From: Gemmatimonadota bacterium
GTDB taxonomy: Bacteria > Gemmatimonadota > Gemmatimonadetes > Gemmatimonadales > Gemmatimonadaceae
NCBI GenBank assembly: GCA_040389905.1
Contig: JAZJZK010000030.1
Span: 1 to 64,000, forward strand
Direction of reading: 5' to 3'
Length of the DNA stretch: 64,000 nt
Below, piece by piece: positions 56,763-64,000 of this stretch. The position numbers and the translations under genes were made by a program. The notes under the pieces were generated by a model, which was given only the letters and a program-made list of their open reading frames with translations, had not been told where the DNA came from and did not search any database. Each line of letters opens with the position of its first letter. Position 1 is the first letter of the stretch.

Positions 56763-58273
56763 TCGCACCTGCCGCAGACCCGCCGGCGCGATGGAGTAAC
56801 CCCGCTTTCGAGCGAGTCGTGCGCCTCGCTGGCACGAAAGCGGGCCTCACCTTTCCGGACAACCGACGCGAAATCACCGAAGCGGCTCTGCGTCGCGCCA
56901 TGCTCCACATCGGGATCAGTGACCCGGTTGCGTTCGCCGACCGCGTCACCTCCGACGTGGACGCATACGCGACGGCGCTCACTGAGCTGACCGTTGGCGA
57001 GACGTACTTCTTTCGCGACCCGGGGCAGTGGGACCTCATTCGGAGGATCCTCGTCCCCTCACTGCTCGAGCAGCATCCGGATGGACACGGTGTGCGCGCC
57101 TGGAGCGCCGGCTGCGCGAGCGGCGAAGAAGCGTACAGCCTCGCCATCGTCCTTTCGGAGTCGGGATGCATTCGCCCCTCCGTTGTCGGCACAGACCTCT
57201 GCGAGCACCGCCTCGGTCGCGCGGCCCGCGGCGTTTACACCAAGTGGTCGATGCGCGGCGTGGACGATGTGACGCGCCACCGGTATTTCACGGAGTCGGC
57301 GCAAAATTTTCACCTGCGCCCCGAGTTTCGCGACGTCCAATTTCGGCAGCTCAACCTCGCGGAGCAGGGCTATGGCGCCCCGGGCCAGGCGCTATCGGAG
57401 CTGGATCTGATCCTGTGTCGCAATGTGCTCATCTATATCGATCCGCCAACGGTCGCGGATATCTTCACGCGGCTTGTCGATGCGCTCCGTGAGGGTGGGT
57501 GGCTGATGATCGCCGCATCCGACCCACAGCCGGATCCGGAGCTTCCGCTGGAAGTCGTCGTGACGGATTCCGGGTTGTTGTTTCGCAAGAATTCGTCGTG
57601 TGCGGGGCGCCATTCGCTGCCGGATCTCACGGCAATCACGTCCGCCGCGCCTGCGGTGGCAGCGCCACCGCCGAGACGATTCTCCCTGACACCAACTCGG
57701 CCCGCCGCCCGCATCGCTCCAGCACCGCCTGCGCGCGTGATCCCTCCGCCGCGCGCTCCGGACACCGCGGTCGGCCCTCTCGAGGCATACCGCGCCGGCA
57801 AGTACACTGACGCCATCGCTATGGCCGAGGCACGCGTTCGGGCAGAGCGAGACGATGCCGCGACGTGGATCGTGCTGGCACGCGCGAATGCGAATCGTGG
57901 GGACCTCGATGCGGCCGCGAGGGCCTGCGCCTTCGGCATTGCCCGGCATCCCGGCGCGGCGGAACTGTACATCGTGGAGAGCGCGATCGAGACGCAGCGT
58001 GAGCGTTACGCCGCGGCGGCGGAGGCTGCGCGCCGCGCCCTGTACATCGATCGCGGGCTGGTCGTGGCGCATCTCGCATTGGGCACCGCATTGCTTCGGC
58101 TGGGTGACTCGGCCGCGGCGGACCGCGCACTCCGTGCGGCTGAGCGTGGGCTCGTCGCACTGGGTCACTCCGAGGTTGTGCCCGCCAGCGACGGTGCGCT
58201 CGCGCAGCCGCTCCTGAACGTCGTGCGCGCACATCGCGCCATGCTCGAACGCCGAGGTGACAATGGCGGATGA
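56759..58273 (+). CDS. cheR: CheR methyltransferase with C-terminal TPRs
   Basis: VGETYFFRD, WSAGCASGEEAYS, DLILCRNVLIY; TPR-like C-terminus. Confidence 0.92.
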   Translation: MIAPAADPPARWSNPAFERVVRLAGTKAGLTFPDNRREITEAALRRAMLHIGISDPVAFADRVTSDVDAYATALTELTVGETYFFRDPGQWDLIRRILVPSLLEQHPDGHGVRAWSAGCASGEEAYSLAIVLSESGCIRPSVVGTDLCEHRLGRAARGVYTKWSMRGVDDVTRHRYFTESAQNFHLRPEFRDVQFRQLNLAEQGYGAPGQALSELDLILCRNVLIYIDPPTVADIFTRLVDALREGGWLMIAASDPQPDPELPLEVVVTDSGLLFRKNSSCAGRHSLPDLTAITSAAPAVAAPPPRRFSLTPTRPAARIAPAPPARVIPPPRAPDTAVGPLEAYRAGKYTDAIAMAEARVRAERDDAATWIVLARANANRGDLDAAARACAFGIARHPGAAELYIVESAIETQRERYAAAAEAARRALYIDRGLVVAHLALGTALLRLGDSAAADRALRAAERGLVALGHSEVVPASDGALAQPLLNVVRAHRAMLERRGDNGG

Positions 58274-58751
58274 CGGACAAGTCATCCTCGACCGCCGAAC
58301 GCGCGAACTCGCTCGGCCGGTGCAAGCGTCCACCCGGAGAGCGGGGCGGCTCGTCGTGCACTTCACCCTCGGTGGCGAACGGCTTGTCATCGAGGCGAAG
58401 TGGCTGCTTGGCGTGGCGAAGATCGCGACGCTAGCGTCGCTCCCGGGCTCCGAACCGCCGGTGCGCGGGGTCACCGTCTGGCGCGGCGACCTCCTGACCG
58501 TGCTCGATATCAGGCCTGTCCTCGGCATTTCAACCGCTGCGTTGAGCGATATGACCCGCGTTCTCGTCGTCGGCGAGCGACGCGCGCGCTTCGGCCTGCT
58601 CGTCGACGCGGTGGGTGAGGCCGTAGACCTTTCGGACGTCGGGCTCCTGCCGACGCCCGCGAATTCGATGTCCCGCGAATACCTGATCGGTGTGACCGCG
58701 GATGCCGGGCTCGTGCTCGACGGCGCCCGGCTTCTGCAACTCTTCGACTGA
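58263..58751 (+). CDS. cheW: Second CheW-like adaptor
   Basis: [12 protein letters not shown]-terminus; [21 protein letters not shown]. Confidence 0.85.
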   Translation: MADDGQVILDRRTRELARPVQASTRRAGRLVVHFTLGGERLVIEAKWLLGVAKIATLASLPGSEPPVRGVTVWRGDLLTVLDIRPVLGISTAALSDMTRVLVVGERRARFGLLVDAVGEAVDLSDVGLLPTPANSMSREYLIGVTADAGLVLDGARLLQLFD

Positions 58752-58761
58752 GGAACTGCTC

Positions 58762-60231
58762 GTGCGTGGTTCGATCATTCAGAAAATCGTCATGGGGTTC
58801 GGGGGCGTCTTGCTCCTTGCGCTGGTGATAGCCGCCGTGGGCATTACCGCGCTCAACCGTGAGACAAAGTCGAACGAGACGATCGCAGGCCAGGTGCTCG
58901 TCGATGACGTCCTCGCCAGCAGCGCGGAATCACATTTCCTGCGTGCGGATCAAAACTTCCTGCGCGCGCTGCTCGAACCCGGGGAGTCGCGCTACCGCGC
59001 GGCTGTGGACGCCGAGATCAAGGCATCCTACTCGGACATCGCGACGCTGCACGATTCCGTTGATGACGAGGAGGCAAAGCGTATCTGGGCGGGGGTCGAT
59101 ACCGACCTGCACGCCTGGCATGCCGCCACTGAGCGCGCCGTCGCCAGTGCGGTGGCCGGCAAGCGCGACGAGGCGCTCGCGATTCGCAATCGGGATGTTC
59201 TGCCGCTCGTCGAACGCGTCGAAGCCGACCTCACCAAAGGCGTCAAGATCGAACAAACGCAGACCAAGCGCACGATTGAAACCGCACAAGCCAGCATCCG
59301 TTTCGCGACTCAGGCGCTCTGGGTCGTGGCACTGCTGACCTTGCTCGCAGGCGTGGTCTTCTCGTACCTCGTGACGCAATCCATCACGAAACCGCTTCGC
59401 GAATCGACCGGGGTGCTCGCGACGAGTTCCGCTGAAATCCTCGCAGCGACATCAGAACAAGCCAGCGGCGCGAACGAGTCCATGGCCGCAGTGGCGCAAA
59501 CGGCGGCGACGGTGGATCAGGTCGCGCAGACCACGGAACAGGCGGCACAACGCGCACGCAGCGTGGCCGAGGGTTCACAGCGGGCGATGGAGGTGAGCCG
59601 AAATGGTCGCGCGGCGGTCGATGCGTCCATCGCCGTGATGGGGCGCGTCGTAGAGCAGGTGGACTCCATGCGTTCCGGAATCCGTGCCCTCTCCGAACAG
59701 GCCGAACTCATCCGAGGTATCACGACGACCGTGGATGATATCGCCGAACGCTCCAACCTCCTCGCGTTGAATGCGGCGATCGAGGCGGCCCGTGCTGGCG
59801 AGGAGGGGCGTGGCTTCGCCGTGGTCGCCGGTGAGATTCGGAGTCTCGCGGAGCAGTCCAAACGGGCAACCGTCGAGGTTCGCGGCATTCTGGGCGACAT
59901 CCAACGCGCTGCCGCGTCCGCAGTGTCCGTGGCGGAGGAGGGGGCAAAGCAAGCGAGCGAGAGCGCCCGCACGGTCACGGAGGCCGGGGAGACCATTCGC
60001 CAACTCGGTGAAACGATGAGCGATGCCTCGCAGGCCGCCGCGCAGATCGCCGCGTCCGCGGGCCAGCAGGCGACCGGCATGGCGCAGATTCGTCAGGCGA
60101 TGCGCAACATCCGCGAGGTCACCCAGCAGAATCTGGTGGCGACCCAGCAGACAGAGCGCGCCGCCAAGGATCTCGCGACCATCGGCAGCACGCTGATCTC
60201 GATGGTTGGCGGCCGGTCGAAGGGCGACTAG
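58762..60231 (+). CDS. Methyl-accepting chemotaxis protein
   Basis: Two TMs with a 4-helix sensor; [34 protein letters not shown]. Confidence 0.93.
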   Translation: MRGSIIQKIVMGFGGVLLLALVIAAVGITALNRETKSNETIAGQVLVDDVLASSAESHFLRADQNFLRALLEPGESRYRAAVDAEIKASYSDIATLHDSVDDEEAKRIWAGVDTDLHAWHAATERAVASAVAGKRDEALAIRNRDVLPLVERVEADLTKGVKIEQTQTKRTIETAQASIRFATQALWVVALLTLLAGVVFSYLVTQSITKPLRESTGVLATSSAEILAATSEQASGANESMAAVAQTAATVDQVAQTTEQAAQRARSVAEGSQRAMEVSRNGRAAVDASIAVMGRVVEQVDSMRSGIRALSEQAELIRGITTTVDDIAERSNLLALNAAIEAARAGEEGRGFAVVAGEIRSLAEQSKRATVEVRGILGDIQRAAASAVSVAEEGAKQASESARTVTEAGETIRQLGETMSDASQAAAQIAASAGQQATGMAQIRQAMRNIREVTQQNLVATQQTERAAKDLATIGSTLISMVGGRSKGD

Positions 60232-62447
60232 TGAGCAAGCCGGGGCTCGCCGCTCGGCTGCGCGCCGCCTTTCTGGGTGACTTGGAGGAGCAACTCGCGT
60301 CCCTCAACGTCGCGCTGCTGTCGCTCGAGCACGATGCGACGAATCCGGAACCGTTGAAGGCGGTGTTTCGCGTCATGCACACGTTGAAGGGGGCGGCGCA
60401 TGCCACGGACCAGCCACTCGTGCAGCGCGCGTGTCATCATCTGGAGGCGCTCCTGGTGGAGGCGCGCGAAGGCCGCACGGTGCTCGGAACATATCAATTT
60501 AAATTGTTATTTGCCGCCGCAGATGCACTGTCCGACACCGCGGCGCAACTCGCCGCGGGAAACGACCTGTCGGAGGACAGTGCGATTGGCCGGCTCGTTC
60601 TCCGGCTGGAGGGAAGGGAAGAGCCCGCCGAGGAGACGAGCGCGCCTCCTGTCGCCGAGCCCGTCGCGATTCCGCCTCAAGCGCCGGCACACGCACCGGA
60701 AGGTGTCGTGCAGCCAGCTGGCGCCGCACCCGCCCCGGCTGCAGCGCCTGCGGAAGGAGCAGTCCGCGTTGCTGCAGACAAGCTGGACAACCTTTTGTCC
60801 GAGGTCGGGCGGCTGCTGGCGACCCGAGCGCGCATCGGCGAGCACGCATCGACCGCCTCGAGCATTCAGGACGCTGTCCACGACGCACATGCCACGATTC
60901 GACGCCTGCTCGCTCGCCACGGCGCGCGCCTCCCCGCCGACGTGGGCGATGCAATTCGGGAAGTCGAACTGGGGCTCAGGGAGGCGAGTGTACAGGCGGG
61001 GTCCGTCGCCACGAATGCACTCGGCGATGTCCGGGAGTTGGCGGAAGTGGGTGATGCGCTCGCCGACAGTGTCCGCCGAGTACGCATGCTCCCATTTTCC
61101 AGCGCGTGCGAACCGCTGCCGCGGCTGGTTCGGGATGTCGGCTCGGAAACAGGCAAGCCAGCGCGGCTCGTGGTAAGTGGGGGTGACGTCGAAGCGGATC
61201 GGCCGGTACTCGATGCGCTGAAGGACTCGCTGCTGCACCTCGCGCGCAACGCTATCGATCACGGCATCGAACCTTCCGCGGAACGAGCGGCGCTCGGCAA
61301 GGCGGCGGTGGCGACGGTGACGGTGAAGGCTGCGCTGCATGGCGAGCGGCTGACCGTCACGGTGTCCGACGATGGCGCCGGTCTCGACGTTGGCGCCATT
61401 CGCGCGAAGCTTCACCAGCAGGGGCGGGAGGTGCCGGAGGACGACGCGGATGTCGTTCGCGCGCTCTTCGAATCGGGCTTCTCGACGCGATCCGTGACCA
61501 CGACGATCTCCGGCCGAGGGGTTGGTTTGGATGCTGTCGAGGCCGCGATGCTGCGGGTGCGTGGGAGCGTGTCCGTTTCCTGGGTGCGAGGTCAGGGCAC
61601 GACGTTCACCCTGGAGTGCCCACTCACACTGGCCGCCATCCGTGCGGTACTGGTCCGGAGCTCTGGCCAGTCGCTCGCCCTTCCGACATCGAACGTCGAA
61701 CAGCTGGTACGTATCAAGGCCTCGGATGTCCGGCGAGCGGAGGGCCGTGACGTCATCCTTACCGGTTCGGTGCCCATTCCACTTGTTTCGCTCGCGACCG
61801 TGCTTGGCCCGCCATTCACGGCGGCTCCGCACGCGGACATTTTTCCGGCCCTGATCGTCAGCGCTGGTGAGCGGCGCGTTGCACTGGTCGTGGACGCGGT
61901 GGAGACCGAACAGGAACTGATCATTCGCCCGATCCCGCGCGGCCAATCGTCCATGCCGCACGTGAGTGGCGGCGCCCTGCTCGGAACAGGCCAACTCGTC
62001 ATCGTGCTCAACCCGGTGTCGCTCGTGCACTCCGCGCTCGGCAGCAGGCTCTCGTCAGGTGTGACGGCGGGCGCGCGGAAGCAATTGCGCGTCATTGTCG
62101 TGGACGATTCCATGACCACGAGAGCACTCGAGCAGGGTGTGCTCGAGGCAGCGGGCTATCAGGTGACGACGGCGGTCGACGGCCTGGATGCATGGCGACA
62201 AATTCAAGAGTTTGGCGCGGACCTCGTGGTGTCGGACATCGAGATGCCGAACATGGACGGCCTATCGCTCTGCCGAACAATCAGAGCTTCAGCGCAGTTC
62301 GCGAATCTGCCGGTCGTGCTCGTGACATCGCTCGACAGTCCCGAGGATCGCGCTCGCGGCATGTCCGCTGGGGCGGACGCATACGTCGGCAAGGCGTCGG
62401 CGGGACAGGCGGGCCTCCTCAATACCGTGCGGGAACTCCTCGCGTGA
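60231..62447 (+). CDS. cheA: CheA-REC hybrid kinase
   Basis: Hpt HTLKGAA, HLARNAIDHGIE, SGRGVGLD, CheW domain, C-terminal REC (VVDDS, VSDIEMP). Confidence 0.93.
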   Translation: MSKPGLAARLRAAFLGDLEEQLASLNVALLSLEHDATNPEPLKAVFRVMHTLKGAAHATDQPLVQRACHHLEALLVEAREGRTVLGTYQFKLLFAAADALSDTAAQLAAGNDLSEDSAIGRLVLRLEGREEPAEETSAPPVAEPVAIPPQAPAHAPEGVVQPAGAAPAPAAAPAEGAVRVAADKLDNLLSEVGRLLATRARIGEHASTASSIQDAVHDAHATIRRLLARHGARLPADVGDAIREVELGLREASVQAGSVATNALGDVRELAEVGDALADSVRRVRMLPFSSACEPLPRLVRDVGSETGKPARLVVSGGDVEADRPVLDALKDSLLHLARNAIDHGIEPSAERAALGKAAVATVTVKAALHGERLTVTVSDDGAGLDVGAIRAKLHQQGREVPEDDADVVRALFESGFSTRSVTTTISGRGVGLDAVEAAMLRVRGSVSVSWVRGQGTTFTLECPLTLAAIRAVLVRSSGQSLALPTSNVEQLVRIKASDVRRAEGRDVILTGSVPIPLVSLATVLGPPFTAAPHADIFPALIVSAGERRVALVVDAVETEQELIIRPIPRGQSSMPHVSGGALLGTGQLVIVLNPVSLVHSALGSRLSSGVTAGARKQLRVIVVDDSMTTRALEQGVLEAAGYQVTTAVDGLDAWRQIQEFGADLVVSDIEMPNMDGLSLCRTIRASAQFANLPVVLVTSLDSPEDRARGMSAGADAYVGKASAGQAGLLNTVRELLA

Positions 62448-63568
62448 TCCGGGTGCTCGTAGCGGAGGATTCGCACGCGGTCCGGCTGTTCCTCATCTCT
62501 CTGCTCGAGAGTGATGCGGAAATTCAGGTCGTGGGACAGGTGGCGGACGGGCAGTCAGCCGTGGACTCCGTGCGTCTGCTCCGGCCGGACGTGATCACGA
62601 TGGACATCCATATGCCGAAGCTGGACGGGCTCGAGGCAACTGCCCGGATCATGCACGAGGTGCCGACGCCCATTGTCGTCGTGTCCTCGACCGTGGATGC
62701 GAGGGACGTCGCGTCGTCGTTCGATGCGATGAAGGCGGGGGCGCTCGTCGCCTTACCGAAGCCTGGTGCGAGCTCGGACCGGCAGGCCGAGTACGACCGC
62801 CAGAACTTTGTGTCGACGGTGAAGGCGATGTCGAAGGTGAAGGTGGTGCGGCGGTGGAGCGGCGCGTTCAATACGGTGCCACCGCGGGGGCCCCCCCCCG
62901 GTTTGAAAGGTACGGCGACGTCGGCCGACTTCCATCATCATTTCACCGCAGACGGAAGCATTGGAACGCCCAGTTCCGCCGCCCGCTCGAGCGCATCGGC
63001 TCGCCGGTTGCCCGCCGCCCTCATTGCCATCGCGGCATCTACTGGCGGCCCGAGTGCGCTCCAGCGCGTGCTGTCCGCGCTACCTGGGACCTTTCCCGCG
63101 CCCATCATTCTTGTCCAGCACATAGCCCGGGGCTTCCTGCCAGGCTTCGCCGCCTGGCTGGATTCCGAGTGCGTCTTGCGCGTGAAGGTTGCCGAAGCAC
63201 TCGAGCCTCTGCTCGCGGGAACGGTCTACGTGGCTCCAGATGACCACCACCTCGGCGTGTCGGCCAGCCGGCGGGTGCAGCGCATCAGCGGAGACCCAGT
63301 GAATGGCTTCTGTCCCTCCGCGAGCGTGTTGTTTCAGTCCGCGGCCGACGCGTACGGCGCGTCGCTGGTGAGTGTCATTTTGACAGGCATGGGTAGCGAC
63401 GGAGTGTCCGGCCTGAGGCGCGTCAAGGCGAGAGGCGGGTACGTGATCGCGCAGGATGAGGCGACGTCGCTGATCTACGGGATGCCTGGCGAAGCGCTCA
63501 TTGCCGGGGTTACCGACGTGATGCTTCCGATCGATGAGATCGCGGACCACCTGCTGACACTGGTCTGA
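62444..63568 (+). CDS. cheB: CheB methylesterase
   Basis: N-terminal REC; ASTGGP, VQHI, ILTGMGSDG, YGMP; GTG start overlapping the cheA stop. Confidence 0.93.
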   Translation: MIRVLVAEDSHAVRLFLISLLESDAEIQVVGQVADGQSAVDSVRLLRPDVITMDIHMPKLDGLEATARIMHEVPTPIVVVSSTVDARDVASSFDAMKAGALVALPKPGASSDRQAEYDRQNFVSTVKAMSKVKVVRRWSGAFNTVPPRGPPPGLKGTATSADFHHHFTADGSIGTPSSAARSSASARRLPAALIAIAASTGGPSALQRVLSALPGTFPAPIILVQHIARGFLPGFAAWLDSECVLRVKVAEALEPLLAGTVYVAPDDHHLGVSASRRVQRISGDPVNGFCPSASVLFQSAADAYGASLVSVILTGMGSDGVSGLRRVKARGGYVIAQDEATSLIYGMPGEALIAGVTDVMLPIDEIADHLLTLV

Positions 63569-64000
63569 CTTCGAAATCGGCGGTCAGCAGACGGGGCAGC
63601 AGCAGCGCGCTCTGTCAGTGGATACCAAATTCTGACATGCTGACTGCCGCGGCCGTCGCGTGGAAAATCTGTTAATAAGCTACTTCATTATGCAGCTTGT
63701 AAGTCAATAGCGCATTAATCTTACGCGCATATCACATTTCTGACCATGTGTCGTCAGGCGGTCAGTTCGCGAGTTGGAGACGCCCGCCGCGACCGACCGC
63801 CGAACGGCCGTTGGCCGATTTCCGACAGCCGACACCTCCGATGGCGCGCGCTCAAGGCCGTATCGCCAAGGTCACGTAGTACCGCCATTCTCGCGCGACT
63901 GGATCGTCGATGGCCCTCGCGAATCCGGTCAGAATGTCTATGTCAGGCGTGCCAAGCGCGGCGACCGCCGGCACGCGCTCGCGGAACTCCAACCCGTAGC

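Noticed and set aside
62886..62899. G5C9 homopolymer in the cheB linker as a phase-variation switch
   Set aside because: The frame is intact, it encodes a Gly/Pro linker, and there is no evidence of length variation without reads.
1..64000. CRISPR array or cas genes
   Set aside because: No regularly spaced repeat-spacer array or Cas motifs seen. The 25-bp periodic repeat at 1-47 has only two units and fits an IS end.
63569..64000. AT-rich patch after cheB as a second island border
   Set aside because: No repeat or integrase in view; probably a promoter region for a gene beyond the window.

Overview
GC-rich bacterial chromosome segment. The core gene repertoire resembles Gemmatimonadota (inference). 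It has four parts. (1) Bases 1 to ~17.3 kb are the right end of a defence-type island: an IS21-like end cutting into an SNF2 helicase gene, a RecD-like helicase-nuclease, a RelE-like/UvrD helicase, a vWA-PP2C-kinase (TerY-P-like) operon whose enzymes carry membrane anchors and which has a fourth polytopic membrane gene, and a HEPN-like/Zn-finger gene pair. (2) ~17.6-42.0 kb holds housekeeping genes (ECF/FecR/TonB receptor, osmoprotectant ABC transporter, pgm, DUF1800/DUF1501, SET protein, fahA, LysM, SLT, dut) and several MITE/REP-like repeats. (3) 42,123-48,350 is a lower-GC 6.2 kb integrative element bounded by a perfect 16-bp direct repeat (TGACTAGACAATTGAT). It encodes a tyrosine recombinase with non-canonical catalytic motifs, an excisionase-like HTH, duplicated zinc-ribbon membrane cassettes and a stand-alone family-A/T7-like (TV-Pol-like) polymerase behind a terminator hairpin. 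It appears to be inserted into an unannotated structured minus-strand RNA carrying a perfect 12-nt Shine-Dalgarno (AAGGAGGTGATC), and it supplies its own replacement 3' half that folds the same way. This is the most promising novel system. (4) 48.4-64 kb holds a CPBP protease, an ECF/HEAT-repeat cluster, a DEAD-box helicase and a Wsp/Frz-like (ACF-type) chemosensory operon. All family calls come from reading motifs by eye; no database searches were run.
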